From Opitutales bacterium (GTDB lineage Bacteria; Verrucomicrobiota; Verrucomicrobiia; Opitutales; Coraliomargaritaceae): a stretch of DNA of 41,654 bases. Of this stretch, positions 10,900 to 21,187 are shown one piece after another. The position numbers were made by a program, and so were the translations under genes. The stretch's first letter is position 1. Each line of letters begins with the position of its first letter. The stretch spans positions 1 to 41,654 of the forward strand of contig JBMYNR010000014.1 of the NCBI GenBank assembly GCA_049598495.1, written 5' to 3'. The notes beneath the pieces are model-generated. The model had not been told where the DNA came from, did no database searches, and was given only the letters and a program-made list of their open reading frames with translations.

Positions 10900-12171
10900 A
10901 TGAGTTCGGATACAACTAACTCCAAGGGTAGCAATGTCGGGCTGATCGCGTTGGTGGTCGGTATCATCGGCAGTGCGATCGCGCTCTTTGGTTTCAAACA
11001 GGGCTGGGATACGGGCGATGTGCGCCCGATTATGAGCTGGCTCGTGGCGCTTGCCTTTTGGCTCTCGATTGCGGTAGGCATGCTCTTTTTGACACAAATC
11101 TGGTATGTCTTCCATGCCCGCTGGCCCACGATCATTCGTCGTCAGTGCGAGCATTTTATGGCAGCGTTTCCATATTTGCTGTTACTCTTCCTGCCGCTTC
11201 TTGCGATCCCATTCTTCCACGAAAATCCGGGCTTGCTCTGGAAATGGATGCATGGAGTCAACCCGTTGCCGGGCCATGGTACCGTTGGAGAGGATCCACT
11301 CTATCTCTGGAAGTCTCCCTACCTGAATATCACCTTCTTCGCTGTTCGCGCGATCGGTATCTTTGTCGCATTTATCGCGATCGCTTCGATCCTCCGTAAA
11401 TGGTCCTTCAATACGGATACCACCGGTGACGTGAATAACACGCACAAAGCTCGTCGCCTTTCATCGCTTGGACTTTTTATCTGCGCGATTGCGGCAACAC
11501 TGGGTGCGATCGACTGGTTTAAGTCACTCGAATATCACTGGTTCTCGACCATGTATGGTGTGTGGTTCTTTGCTGCCTGTATGCGTGCCGCTCTGGCGTC
11601 CATCATCATCCTTTGTGTGATTCTGGCGGCTCGTGGCTACCTAAAGGGTATCCTTCAGCAGGCGCACCGATACGACATTGCCTGCATGATGCTGGCATTT
11701 ACCGTCTTTTGGGCCTATATCAGTTTTTCCCAGTATTTTCTGATCTACAGTGCCAACATCCCGGAGGAAGTCTTTTGGTATAATATTCGGGAAAAGAATT
11801 TCTCCGGAGAGCTCAACAGTTGGTGGTGGGTGAGCATGGGACTGGTCTTTGGCCACTTCCTTATCCCGTTCCTGGTTCTCCTTTGGTATAAGACAAAGAT
11901 TGTCGTGTGGCGAACTGTCGCGATTTCCGTGTGGATTCTCGCTTTTCACCTGCTCGACCTCTATTGGAATATTATTCCCGGCAAACTCGTCGCTCCGGAT
12001 CATACTCCCGGTTACATCGTTCGCCAGTTTTCTGTGACACCATATGACCTTGCCGCTCTAGTTGGGATCGGTGGGATCTGCATCTTTGCAATGTGCCGCA
12101 GTATGACGAAGGCTGAGCCGATTCCGGTCCGTGACCCTAACATCGCTGCCTCACTTAACTACACCGAGTAA
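10900..12171 (+). CDS. actF: Alternative complex III subunit F
   Basis: Multi-TM protein with DWFKSLEYHWFSTMYG and WAYISFSQYFLIYSANIPEE. Confidence 0.9.
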   Translation: MSSDTTNSKGSNVGLIALVVGIIGSAIALFGFKQGWDTGDVRPIMSWLVALAFWLSIAVGMLFLTQIWYVFHARWPTIIRRQCEHFMAAFPYLLLLFLPLLAIPFFHENPGLLWKWMHGVNPLPGHGTVGEDPLYLWKSPYLNITFFAVRAIGIFVAFIAIASILRKWSFNTDTTGDVNNTHKARRLSSLGLFICAIAATLGAIDWFKSLEYHWFSTMYGVWFFAACMRAALASIIILCVILAARGYLKGILQQAHRYDIACMMLAFTVFWAYISFSQYFLIYSANIPEEVFWYNIREKNFSGELNSWWWVSMGLVFGHFLIPFLVLLWYKTKIVVWRTVAISVWILAFHLLDLYWNIIPGKLVAPDHTPGYIVRQFSVTPYDLAALVGIGGICIFAMCRSMTKAEPIPVRDPNIAASLNYTE

Positions 12172-12176
12172 TCAAG

Positions 12177-12662
12177 ATGTCTGACACGCAAGTATCCAAG
12201 AGCAATGCTCTGCTCACCTTTCTGGGGAGCCTCGGTGGTATCCTCATCTTTGTCCTAATTATCTGGGTCGCCTATCTTCCGAATCGCCCCGAGCCTGTGA
12301 ATGCACAGGTCGGAGCCGAGCGTAAGGCAAAGGCCGATGAAGCACGGGCCGCTGGTATCAGCAAGCTGACCGGCACAGAGCTCATCGATGCCGGATCAGG
12401 CAAGGTTCGTATCCCGATTGAGGAAGCGATGAAGCTAGTTGTCGATAATTACGAGAGTCTTGGCGTGGCACCCGAGCCGAAAGCACCTACTCCCGCTATG
12501 GTGGAGGCAATCGATACCGCCCGTTTGGGAAACAAGACCTCTGCGGGGGTCGCCGTTGTCGATGAACCTATCGAGGAAGGCGGCGGCGAGGTTGAGAACC
12601 TCGGCGTTGACCTGGGAGCAGTTGTACCCGCCGCAGAGGGTGCGGTTGATGCTGTTGAATAG
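12177..12662 (+). CDS. Single-TM protein, ActG-like
   Basis: One TM helix, then the GKVRIPIEEAMKLV motif seen in ActG-like proteins; directly follows actF; acidic low-complexity tail. Confidence 0.65.
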   Translation: MSDTQVSKSNALLTFLGSLGGILIFVLIIWVAYLPNRPEPVNAQVGAERKAKADEARAAGISKLTGTELIDAGSGKVRIPIEEAMKLVVDNYESLGVAPEPKAPTPAMVEAIDTARLGNKTSAGVAVVDEPIEEGGGEVENLGVDLGAVVPAAEGAVDAVE

Positions 12663-12671
12663 AAAGCCAGG

Positions 12672-12875
12672 ATGGATGCGGAGAGCTACACGGACCTAAT
12701 ACCGATTATCTTCCTCGGAGTTGTCTTCTTTATCGTCGCGGTCAGCGCACTCTATTGGAGCGCGAAGAGGGGACAGTTGAGAGACTTCGACGATCAATCC
12801 AGAACCATCTTCACCGACGAGGAACCCGAAGGAGAGATTTCCGATACCTTTCCAGAAAAGAAAAATAAGAAATAA
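12672..12875 (+). CDS. ccoS: cbb3-type oxidase maturation protein (CcoS/FixS family)
   Basis: TM helix followed by WSAKRGQLRDFDD, matching the W-x3-GQ(F/L)xD pattern. Confidence 0.75.
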   Translation: MDAESYTDLIPIIFLGVVFFIVAVSALYWSAKRGQLRDFDDQSRTIFTDEEPEGEISDTFPEKKNKK

Positions 12876-12968
12876 GCAGTTATTATTAGGTGATAAGCAG
12901 TGATGTTATCCATTTTTCGCTCTTGTTCACTCTAGCAACCTGGCTTTGAATTCTACCTTATTTGCGCA

Positions 12969-14441
12969 ATGAGCAAGTCTCCGACAATGACACAGAGCAA
13001 TAGCCCGTATTCCACCACGAGTTTGGCGGAACGAGCAGAATTGAGTCAGATCGATGCTTCGATCCGCACCGCAGCACTCTTTTTTGTCATTTCGTCAATC
13101 GCTTGGTTGATGATTGGCACCGTTTTCGCACTTTTGGCCGCCTTCAAGGCGCACGAACCGGATTTTGCCAGTAGTTATGAGTTCCTGACCTTCGGCCGCG
13201 TTCGCTCGGCTCATCTTAATGCCATGGCGCTCGGTTGGGCGAATAATATCATTTTTGCTGTCGGCCTTTGGATTATGGCTCGCCTCTGTCGCTCGCCCAT
13301 CAATCACAAAGGTCTGCTCCTCGTCGCTGGTGTTTTCTGGAACATCGGTGTGAGCGTCGGCGTTTTCGGGATTCTTCGTGGTGATATGACCTCAGTCGAG
13401 TGGCTCGAAATTCCGAAATATGCCACGCCGCTCCTCGCGATTTCATACACCTTAATCGGGGTGTGGGGTATCATGGCCTTCCGCTTTCGTAAAGGGGACC
13501 ATGTGTATGTTTCCCAATGGTATATTCTGGCGGCGCTCTTTTGGTTTCCGTGGCTCTACATCGTCGCGCAGATGATGATCATCTGGTTCCCGGTCCGCGG
13601 GGTTGTTCAGTCTGTTACCAACTGGTGGTTTGCTCATAATGTTCTCGGGCTTTGGTTCACTCCGATGGCGTTAGCGACGGCATACTACCTGATTCCGAAG
13701 GTGTTGGGGCGGCCGATTTACTCCTACTATCTTTCCGTTCTGGGCTTCTGGTCTCTGGCGATCTTCTACAACTGGGCCGGCATACATCACTTGATTGGTG
13801 GACCGATCCCGGTATGGTTGATTTCCGCTGGTATTGTTGCCTCGGTCATGATGGTGGTGCCGGTTGTCGTGGTTGGAATTAACCACCACATGTCGGTCGT
13901 ATGGATGCACAAGGAGGTATGGCGAAGCCCGACGCTTCGCTTCGTGGTCTTCGGCGCGATCTCCTACACGTTCGTTAGCTTAATTGGGTCGGCGATGGCG
14001 CTCCGTTCGGTCAATGAGGTCACGCACTTCACGCACTTCACAGTCGGTCACGCCCACCATGGGGTCTATGCCTTCTTTACCATGATCATGTTTGGTGGAG
14101 TCTATTACATGATGCCGCGCTTACTCGGTCGGGAATGGCCCTCTGCGACATTGATCCGCCTTCATTTCTGGGGATGTGCCATCGGTATTACCGTGATGGT
14201 GGTTGCCCTTCAAGCGGGCGGTTGGATACAGGGCCTGCAAATGAACAACGCGGAGATTCCTTTTCTTGAGACGGTTCAGAATACGATTCCCTGGCTGAAA
14301 GCTCGTTCGATATCCGGCCTCTTCCTAACCGTGGGCCATATTTCCTTTGCTGTTAATGTCTTCTGGATGCTCTTTGCGGCCGGTGCCGTCCGAGCCAAGC
14401 AGGGGCCGACACTCTTGACTGAGGAAGGAGGTGCCGCCTAA
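12969..14441 (+). CDS. ccoN: cbb3-type (C-family) heme-copper oxidase subunit I
   Basis: [30 protein letters not shown] (helix-VII Tyr) and TVGHAH; all six His ligands are present. The start may be the second Met. Confidence 0.88.
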   Translation: MSKSPTMTQSNSPYSTTSLAERAELSQIDASIRTAALFFVISSIAWLMIGTVFALLAAFKAHEPDFASSYEFLTFGRVRSAHLNAMALGWANNIIFAVGLWIMARLCRSPINHKGLLLVAGVFWNIGVSVGVFGILRGDMTSVEWLEIPKYATPLLAISYTLIGVWGIMAFRFRKGDHVYVSQWYILAALFWFPWLYIVAQMMIIWFPVRGVVQSVTNWWFAHNVLGLWFTPMALATAYYLIPKVLGRPIYSYYLSVLGFWSLAIFYNWAGIHHLIGGPIPVWLISAGIVASVMMVVPVVVVGINHHMSVVWMHKEVWRSPTLRFVVFGAISYTFVSLIGSAMALRSVNEVTHFTHFTVGHAHHGVYAFFTMIMFGGVYYMMPRLLGREWPSATLIRLHFWGCAIGITVMVVALQAGGWIQGLQMNNAEIPFLETVQNTIPWLKARSISGLFLTVGHISFAVNVFWMLFAAGAVRAKQGPTLLTEEGGAA

Positions 14442-15133
14442 TGAAAAATCTACCACTTCTTTTCTGCGGTATTTTCTTCGCCTTGGCGTTCTCGTTCTGC
14501 GGCCTAATCCTGACCAGTAATATGCAGATCGGTCGTCTCAGCCCGACAACCGAGACGCTGGTGCCCTCGGATACGGAGGTCGACAAAAACGGCCAACCCC
14601 TCATGGTTATGGCCGAAGGTGAACCGCTTTTCCCGCGTGCGCCTGTGGGGCTCGCGCAACAGGGCAAGGAAGAATACATCTCACTTGGCTGTATGTATTG
14701 CCACACCCAGCAAGTCCGCCGGGCAGGCTTTGGAGCCGATTCCGAGAGGGGGTGGGGCCCGCGCCAGACTGTGGCCCGCGACTATATTTTGCAGGAACGA
14801 GTTCTTTTGGGCACCATGCGCACGGGCCCGGATCTGGCTCATCTGGGCGGCCGCTATGCTGGCGATGCCGGCCGTGATTGGAACCATCTGCATCTCTACA
14901 ACCCACAGATCGTTTCGGAGGGTTCAACAATGCCTCCGTTTGCCTTCCTCTATGATGTGAAGGAGATTGCTGGCAGCCCTTCCAAAAACGCGCTGATTTT
15001 CCCACCCGACTCCCCCTATGCACCGGAACCCGGTTACGAGGTCGTCCCAACGCGACGTGCCGAAGCATTGGTCGAGTATCTCTTGAGTCTCCGAATTAAC
15101 TACAGCCTGCCTGAGGCGCCTATCCCAGAGTAA
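14441..15133 (+). CDS. ccoO: cbb3-type oxidase subunit II (monoheme)
   Basis: [23 protein letters not shown] and STMP; TAATG overlap with ccoN. Confidence 0.9.
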   Translation: MKNLPLLFCGIFFALAFSFCGLILTSNMQIGRLSPTTETLVPSDTEVDKNGQPLMVMAEGEPLFPRAPVGLAQQGKEEYISLGCMYCHTQQVRRAGFGADSERGWGPRQTVARDYILQERVLLGTMRTGPDLAHLGGRYAGDAGRDWNHLHLYNPQIVSEGSTMPPFAFLYDVKEIAGSPSKNALIFPPDSPYAPEPGYEVVPTRRAEALVEYLLSLRINYSLPEAPIPE

Positions 15134-15909
15134 TGAGCGACGAAGAAAAGTTTTCAGCTGAGCAGCAAGGCAACAGCCGAGAGGCTTTGGAAAAAGCTGC
15201 TATGCAGGATCAGCAAATGCAGGATGTTCACGCGCAACTCATGCGTGAAAAGGAAGAGCCGACCGAGGGGTTCTCCCCCGTACCGATTCTTCTGATGTTC
15301 ATGTTTGCAGCACTCTGTTTCTGGGGCGGCATCTATCTTGTTCATTATTCGGGCGGATTTCAGTGGAACGCCTATTCGCCTGACTACGTGGCAGGAGCTG
15401 ACGCCCCCAAGCCTGTTGAGATTTCTCTCTTTGACCGCGGTGCGAAGGTTTACCGCAACCAATGTGCACAGTGCCACCAAGCCGATGGCAATGGTGTGCC
15501 TGGTGTCTATCCACCGCTCGCGGGCGCTGAATGGGTGACCGGTCACCCTCAGGTTGTGTCCCGTATCCTCATAAATGGCTTGAATGGACCGATTGTCGTC
15601 AAGGGCAGTACCTACAATGGAAACATGCCGGCCTTCGGGCCAAGTGGGTTGGGGCTGAGTGATAAGGATATCGCCGGTGTGATCACTTACATCCGGCAGG
15701 AGTGGGGCAATGCTGCTTCTGAGGTCAGCGTCGAAACGATCGAAGAATACTCGGCACTCTACGCAGGTCGTTCGACTCCATGGCAGGCAGCGGAATTGAA
15801 GGAAGGGCTAGGCCCACTCCCTGAGGTGGCTCCAACCCTCGAAGAGCCCAGTGTCGAGGGCGATGAAGCCGAGGCACCCGAGGCCAGCACGGAAACAGCC
15901 TCGATCTAG
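15133..15909 (+). CDS. Membrane-anchored monoheme cytochrome c in the CcoP position
   Basis: One TM helix, a single [13 protein letters not shown] and YNGNMP; TAATG overlap with ccoO. Confidence 0.85.
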   Translation: MSDEEKFSAEQQGNSREALEKAAMQDQQMQDVHAQLMREKEEPTEGFSPVPILLMFMFAALCFWGGIYLVHYSGGFQWNAYSPDYVAGADAPKPVEISLFDRGAKVYRNQCAQCHQADGNGVPGVYPPLAGAEWVTGHPQVVSRILINGLNGPIVVKGSTYNGNMPAFGPSGLGLSDKDIAGVITYIRQEWGNAASEVSVETIEEYSALYAGRSTPWQAAELKEGLGPLPEVAPTLEEPSVEGDEAEAPEASTETASI

Positions 15910-15983
15910 GGTGTATTTTGGTGCATAGAAGGCATCCGTAGGAGCTGTACTCTTGGAGCGCTGAGATACGACGTTTTCACTGT

Positions 15984-16706
15984 ATGGACGCCATCCTCTT
16001 TTGTCTTCCTTTTTTCGCCGTGGCGCTCCTTTACGCCAGCGTCGGGCACGGAGGTGCCTCCGGGTATCTTGCGGTTATGGCTTTGCTCTCGGTGGAGGTC
16101 GCGCTTTTGCGCCCAACTGCGCTTGGATTGAATGTTGCCGTTTCATTGATCGGCACTGTCGCCTTCTTTCGCGCAGGATACTTTTCAGCGCGACTCTTTC
16201 TGCCTCTGGCTTTGGCAGCCATCCCGTTTGCCTACCTTGGTGGCGCGCTTAGAATCGATGAGGGTGTCTTCCGGTATATACTCGGCGCGGCGCTGTGCGT
16301 TGCGCTGCTTCGACTTTTTATCTCTGAAAAAGAAGGTCGGCCGTTCGGGGTGCCGAAGCCGTGGCTCTTAGCAGTATGCGGTGCTATCATGGGAATTTTG
16401 TCCGGCCTTGTTGGCGTAGGGGGCGGCATCTTCCTCACACCGCTGGTGATATTGCTGCGATGGGGAAGTGCAAAGACGGCGGCAGCGATCTCCGCGCCGT
16501 TTATTCTGTTAAATTCGATCGCGGGTCTTTTGGGGCTGCAACCGAGTCCGGAAGACTTTCATCCATATTTCGCCGAAATTTTGGGCTCCGTTCTTATCGG
16601 AGGTTTGATCGGTAGCACTATTGGAAGTGGCGTGGCTTCCAGTCGCCAAGTCCGGATTGCGCTAGCGCTCGTTTTGGCAGTCGCTGCCTTTAAGCTATTT
16701 CTGTAA
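15984..16706 (+). CDS. TauE/SafE (TSUP) family permease
   Basis: YASVGHGGASGY and SGLVGVGGGIFLTP repeated motifs; ~8 TM helices. Confidence 0.9.
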   Translation: MDAILFCLPFFAVALLYASVGHGGASGYLAVMALLSVEVALLRPTALGLNVAVSLIGTVAFFRAGYFSARLFLPLALAAIPFAYLGGALRIDEGVFRYILGAALCVALLRLFISEKEGRPFGVPKPWLLAVCGAIMGILSGLVGVGGGIFLTPLVILLRWGSAKTAAAISAPFILLNSIAGLLGLQPSPEDFHPYFAEILGSVLIGGLIGSTIGSGVASSRQVRIALALVLAVAAFKLFL

Positions 16707-17160
16707 CTCGGAGAACGCCGTCGGTAAGGATGCGGGCGCGGAGACCTCCGGAGCCTTTCAGTGCTTCGTGCACACCCGGGGTCACGGATTCATCCATCCA
16801 ATAGCAGGGTCTGCATTCCTCGCTTCCCTCAAATTGAAGTCCTTGAATCTCAAAGCGCTGACCGATCAGCGTATTTAAATCCACTCCGGACGTAATTACG
16901 TTCCTGCGAAAGAGCTCCGGATCGAGGTTGGGCAGTGAGAACTGTGTCATTATACGTTCATAGACCGCGAAATCAAAGAAGGTGATCTGCCCTTTGTAGT
17001 CCTCCTTGTGATCGAAGTAGCGATCTCCGAGGATACCCGATCCGGCCACACACTGGATCGTGTTCACTTTTTCAATTCCGTGGTCGAGTCGGCCCTTCCC
17101 ATGACGTCCTACGAAGTCATGCCCCTTGGAGATGTAGATCGCTCTTATCTCAATGTTCAT
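16690..17160 (-). CDS. MOSC-domain protein
   Basis: GILGDRY, QITF, FRRNVITSGVDLN, CRPCYWM and GGLRARILTDG. The start MNIEIR at 17160 overlaps the moaE end. Confidence 0.85.
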   Translation of the reverse strand: MNIEIRAIYISKGHDFVGRHGKGRLDHGIEKVNTIQCVAGSGILGDRYFDHKEDYKGQITFFDFAVYERIMTQFSLPNLDPELFRRNVITSGVDLNTLIGQRFEIQGLQFEGSEECRPCYWMDESVTPGVHEALKGSGGLRARILTDGVLRVTEIA

Positions 17161-17617
17161 GGTGATGGCTGTGTTCCAGATTCTTCGGGTCGGCACAACC
17201 ACAGTGATTGTTCTCGATCCATGCTTCGGTTCCGTCACGATATACCTCTTTTTTCCAAATCGGAAGCCGGTGTTTCACATTATCAATGATGTAGCGGCAG
17301 GCGAGAAAGGTATCACCGCGATGGTGTGCAGTTACGCCTACCCAGACAGCGATTTCACCGACTCCGAGATTACCGACACGATGAAAGATGGCGGCATCCT
17401 CGATATGGAACTTTGCTTTTGATTCGTCTAGTATCGCTTGAGCAACAGAAGGCGCCAATTCGGCATAACCGCTGTAGTGCAATTCCTGAACAGGTTTGCC
17501 TTCGTTGTAGTCACGCACCCAGCCTTCATAGCTATTGTAGGCACCCGCACTTGATGAGAGGAGACGTGCCCGAAGCTCGGTCGGCTTGATGGTTTGCTCG
17601 GTCAGTGCAAAGTGCAT
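17150..17617 (-). CDS. moaE: Molybdopterin synthase large subunit
   Basis: GWVRD, HRVGNL, HHRGD and LPIWKKE. Confidence 0.93.
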   Translation of the reverse strand: MHFALTEQTIKPTELRARLLSSSAGAYNSYEGWVRDYNEGKPVQELHYSGYAELAPSVAQAILDESKAKFHIEDAAIFHRVGNLGVGEIAVWVGVTAHHRGDTFLACRYIIDNVKHRLPIWKKEVYRDGTEAWIENNHCGCADPKNLEHSHHHEH

Positions 17618-17618
17618 A

Positions 17619-17858
17619 TCAGCCGCCTGTCATTGGAGGAAGGAAAGCGATTGAGTCGCCGTCCTGAAGTTCGGTCTCGTGAGCGCTCAACTCATGATTA
17701 ATGGCCACTTGAATCTGGGTGAACTCGTGGGGAAATCCGTATTGTTCTCTTAGGCTTCCATAGAGCTTCTTGGGGCAAGGATCATCGAGCTGAACGATCT
17801 CACTTCTATGGCCGGCTAGGTCGCCCAGTTGTGCAAAATACAATATGTTAATCTTCAT
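17619..17858 (-). CDS. moaD: Molybdopterin synthase sulfur-carrier subunit
   Basis: ILYFA, VAIN and C-terminal AFLPPMTGG. Confidence 0.93.
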   Translation of the reverse strand: MKINILYFAQLGDLAGHRSEIVQLDDPCPKKLYGSLREQYGFPHEFTQIQVAINHELSAHETELQDGDSIAFLPPMTGG

Positions 17859-18445
17859 TGTTTGAATGTGGCTTCGAATTCAGCGGCGGTGTTGATATTA
17901 TCGAGACTGGAAGGGTCATCCTGATCAATCAGAGTCGCTTCTTTGAGAATAAGCAGCTTGCGGGGGCAACTTTTGCCGATCTCTTTCGAAAGTGTGAGTA
18001 GTTCAGCATCGGAACCTGCGGGATAAACCGCACAAAGTGGCTCGGGGAGACCATTGTGACTACTCCGGTAGGCCGTAAGTGATGGTGCGCTCCCGCGGAA
18101 GGCATCACAGAGCTTTTTGAGCGTTGTGACTTCAATCCTAGGCAGATCACAGGCCAGAACCAGCCAATGCACCTCCGGGTGAGCGTGCATCGCAGACAAA
18201 ATGCCACAGAGCGGTCCCTTTACCTGATCCATACAGTCGTGAATGACCTCCGTGCCCGCCGGTAGGGGGAATGCCTGGCTTCTTCGCTGAGACACCAAAA
18301 CACGGGAGCAAACCGATTGCAGCAGTGCGGATGTTTTCTCGAGTTGGGTTTGCTCACCATCGTAGGAAAGGAGCGCTTTGTCCCGTCCCATGCGAGTACT
18401 TTTGCCACCGGCCAGAACGAGGCCATAGATCTCCGCTTCGCTCAT
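17855..18445 (-). CDS. mobA: Molybdenum cofactor guanylyltransferase
   Basis: LAGGKSTRMGRDKA, GPLCGI, ACDLP, EPLCAVY and NINT. Confidence 0.92.
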   Translation of the reverse strand: MSEAEIYGLVLAGGKSTRMGRDKALLSYDGEQTQLEKTSALLQSVCSRVLVSQRRSQAFPLPAGTEVIHDCMDQVKGPLCGILSAMHAHPEVHWLVLACDLPRIEVTTLKKLCDAFRGSAPSLTAYRSSHNGLPEPLCAVYPAGSDAELLTLSKEIGKSCPRKLLILKEATLIDQDDPSSLDNINTAAEFEATFKQ

Positions 18446-18915
18446 GAACGCTTATAACCCGACTTTCCACCCGTTTTCTCAACGAGCCGCGTGCATTCAA
18501 TGACGATTCCTTTTGAAGCGGCCTTACACATATCGTAGATCGTGAGTGCGGCGACGCTGCTCGCTGTGAGCGCCTCCATCTCGACGCCCGTTTGGTCGAG
18601 CACCTTCACGCGTGCTTCCACCCGCAAACGCGCTTCATCCACAGGCTGGATCTCAATCTTAACCGACTTGAGATTCAATGGGTGGCAGAACGGGATCAAT
18701 TCGGATGTCTTCTTCGCAGCCATCGTGCCTGCGACAATCGCGGTATCGAGGATCGGTCCTTTCTTCGAATGCCAACTGGCCTCCGTGAGTGTCCGCATAA
18801 TCTCCTCGCCGAGGAATACGAAGGACTCCGCCGTGGCTGTGCGGTCGGTCGCTTCTTTGGCCGAAACATCGACCATTGTCGGTCGCTCGTTTTTGTCGAT
18901 ATGGCTAAACTCCAT
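18442..18915 (-). CDS. moaC: Cyclic pyranopterin monophosphate synthase
   Basis: MVDVSAK, LIPFCHPL, TGVEMEAL, IYDMCKA and KTGGKSG. Confidence 0.95.
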   Translation of the reverse strand: MEFSHIDKNERPTMVDVSAKEATDRTATAESFVFLGEEIMRTLTEASWHSKKGPILDTAIVAGTMAAKKTSELIPFCHPLNLKSVKIEIQPVDEARLRVEARVKVLDQTGVEMEALTASSVAALTIYDMCKAASKGIVIECTRLVEKTGGKSGYKRS

Positions 18916-18928
18916 AAATCAGTGTCAT

Positions 18929-20134
18929 CTAATACCAGGGGAAGAATTCGAATTGGCTGCCAGCAGGATAGCTCTTTTCATCCCTCGGTGGAAGAACGAT
19001 ATAACCATCACTCTCCAGAATTCCAACAAGATCACCTGAATTATTGACCAATTGAGGTGAAATGAGGTTCCCCGGTGACTTTTTCACCGGAAGTAAGACG
19101 GTCATATCGTCACGCGTTTTGGCATCGGTGCGAAGTGTAAGTTCGACCGCCGGGCAGTTCGCCGTCTTCCCCGAGGCGTCGAAGAGCGAGGGGATCACAT
19201 AGTGGTGGAGGCAGGAGAGACTGGAGAGAGGATTTCCGGGAAGTGCAAAAACCGCGGAGTCCTCGTTCGTCCAGAAGCCGAAAGGCTTGCCCGGCTTTTG
19301 CGCAACTCCATGAAAATGACAGGTAAACCCAAGCTCCTGCAGGGCCTCAGGGATAAAATCCTTCTTTCCCATGGAGATACCTCCGCTGATGATGATCACG
19401 TCGTTGTTCTCGAGCAGCAGCTTCAACTCGTTAATACTCTGCGCACAATCATCTTTAAGGTGCACAAATTCCCGGACGTTCAGCCCGATCCGTTCGAGCG
19501 CGGTATCGATCATCAAATGATTCGAGCGGCGTATTTGGTGGGGTTCCGGTTCATCGCAGATGTTGATGAGTTCATCACCCGTGCTCACTACGGCAAGGGC
19601 CGGTTTTCGGGAAACAAGAAGGTCCGCGTAGCCACAGCTTGCGGCAATTGCGGTTTCCCTTGCGCCGATGGTCGCGCCTTCGTCCAGAAGGATGGCATCC
19701 GCCGCACGATCGCTTCCGAGTTTGTGGATGCAATCACCTGCGGCGTGCTCCGTAGGGGACTTGAGCTGCATTTGCGTAGTGTGCGGTCGCGTTGTGGTCT
19801 CATAGGGGACCACGCAATCTGCGTTTTCGGGCAGGATGGCCCCCGTCATAATCTCGGCGCAGGAGAGTGGCCTGCTATCCAGAGTGATCTGCGGGTCACC
19901 TGCCGAACACTCGGCAACAATGTTGAAGAGAGCATTTCCATCGATATCCGAAGCACGAATGGCATAACCATCCATCATCGAGCGGTTGAAAGGTGGAAAA
20001 GGGCGGTCGGAAAGAACCTGCTGGCGTAAGATACGCCCGGCACATTTATCGAGTGGACAAAGAACCTGAGGCATCTTGTTCAGGTTCTCTTGAATCAAGC
20101 GTCGTGCGTCTTCCGGTGTAATCAGCGATTTCAT
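18929..20134 (-). CDS. moeA: Molybdopterin molybdenumtransferase
   Basis: PPFNRSMMDGYA, IMTGA, STGDEL, SGGISMGKKD, KPGKP and LPGNP. Confidence 0.95.
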   Translation of the reverse strand: MKSLITPEDARRLIQENLNKMPQVLCPLDKCAGRILRQQVLSDRPFPPFNRSMMDGYAIRASDIDGNALFNIVAECSAGDPQITLDSRPLSCAEIMTGAILPENADCVVPYETTTRPHTTQMQLKSPTEHAAGDCIHKLGSDRAADAILLDEGATIGARETAIAASCGYADLLVSRKPALAVVSTGDELINICDEPEPHQIRRSNHLMIDTALERIGLNVREFVHLKDDCAQSINELKLLLENNDVIIISGGISMGKKDFIPEALQELGFTCHFHGVAQKPGKPFGFWTNEDSAVFALPGNPLSSLSCLHHYVIPSLFDASGKTANCPAVELTLRTDAKTRDDMTVLLPVKKSPGNLISPQLVNNSGDLVGILESDGYIVLPPRDEKSYPAGSQFEFFPWY

Positions 20135-20181
20135 TCTGAATTTACGTGCAAGCTTGGAATTAATGGGTTTGTTATGCGTCG

Positions 20182-21186
20182 ATGGTCAAGGATAAGAGAG
20201 GGCGCCGCCTCACCGATTTGCGAATATCACTCACGGATCGCTGTAATCTGCGTTGCACATACTGTATGCCAAAAGAGGTCTTTGGTAAAGACTATGTCTT
20301 CCTGAAGAAAAACGAATGGCTGCGCTTCGGTGAGCTGTACGATTTAGTCGCCGCCTTCGTTCAACTGGGAGTTAGGAAGATTCGTTTGACCGGAGGCGAG
20401 CCGCTGCTGAGGCCCGGTCTGAATAAATATATCCACGGACTGAAGCACCTTCATAAGATCGAGGATATTGCTCTTACCACGAACGGGCTGCGTCTCGCTG
20501 AGCGGGTTTCCGAACTGAAAGAAGCGGGCTTAGACCGGATTACAGTGAGCTTGGATGCGCTGGATCCGGAGATTGCAGGTAGAATGAACGGGCTCGGCGT
20601 AAAGCCCAAATCGGTGATCGCAGGAATTGATGCGGCCCTGGATGCGGGTTTTCAAGTTAAGGTGAATATGGTGGTTCAAAGAAGTGTGAATCGCGGCGAA
20701 ATTCTCCCGATGGCACGTTACTTCAAAGACCGGGGCGTGAACTTACGCTTTATTGAGTTTATGGATGTCGGGAATCACAACGATTGGAAAATGGATGAAG
20801 TAGTTCGTGGAACTGAAATCCTGGAGACGGTCGGATCTGAACTGGATTTCGAACCGGTCGATGTCTCCTCCAGTAACGAAGTCGCCAAACGGTATCGCTA
20901 TCTGGACGGCTCTGCCGAATTCGGATTAATTACTTCGGTGACCCAAGCCTTCTGCGGTTCCTGCACACGGGCACGCATCTCAGCCGACGGCCAACTGTAT
21001 ACCTGTCTCTTTGCGAGCAAGGGAATCGACTTGAAGTCGATTCTTCGAGCACCCGACTACCGCGCCGGGAATCTTTTGGATACTCTGGCGGGCTTCTGGG
21101 GGCAGCGTGAAGACCGCTATTCCGAGCTCCGCTCGGAAACGGGTTCTACTGGTGAAAAGGTGGAGATGTCCTATATTGGGGGCTAA
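20182..21186 (+). CDS. moaA: GTP 3',8-cyclase (radical SAM)
   Basis: LRISLTDRCNLRCTYCMP, TGGEPLLR, FCGSCTRARI..TC and C-terminal MSYIGG. Confidence 0.96.
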   Translation: MVKDKRGRRLTDLRISLTDRCNLRCTYCMPKEVFGKDYVFLKKNEWLRFGELYDLVAAFVQLGVRKIRLTGGEPLLRPGLNKYIHGLKHLHKIEDIALTTNGLRLAERVSELKEAGLDRITVSLDALDPEIAGRMNGLGVKPKSVIAGIDAALDAGFQVKVNMVVQRSVNRGEILPMARYFKDRGVNLRFIEFMDVGNHNDWKMDEVVRGTEILETVGSELDFEPVDVSSSNEVAKRYRYLDGSAEFGLITSVTQAFCGSCTRARISADGQLYTCLFASKGIDLKSILRAPDYRAGNLLDTLAGFWGQREDRYSELRSETGSTGEKVEMSYIGG

Positions 21187-21187
21187 A

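Noticed and set aside
12870..12905. ATAAGCAGT direct repeat upstream of ccoN
   Set aside because: Two 9-bp copies, one overlapping the stop codon; too little to assign a function.
12969..14441. CcoN-like subunit as a nitric oxide reductase
   Set aside because: It retains the helix-VII Tyr, lacks the NorB HLWVE Glu, and is accompanied by ccoO, ccoS and a Cu ATPase.
19202..20029. 275-aa plus-strand ORF
   Set aside because: Antisense shadow of moeA with no recognisable motifs.
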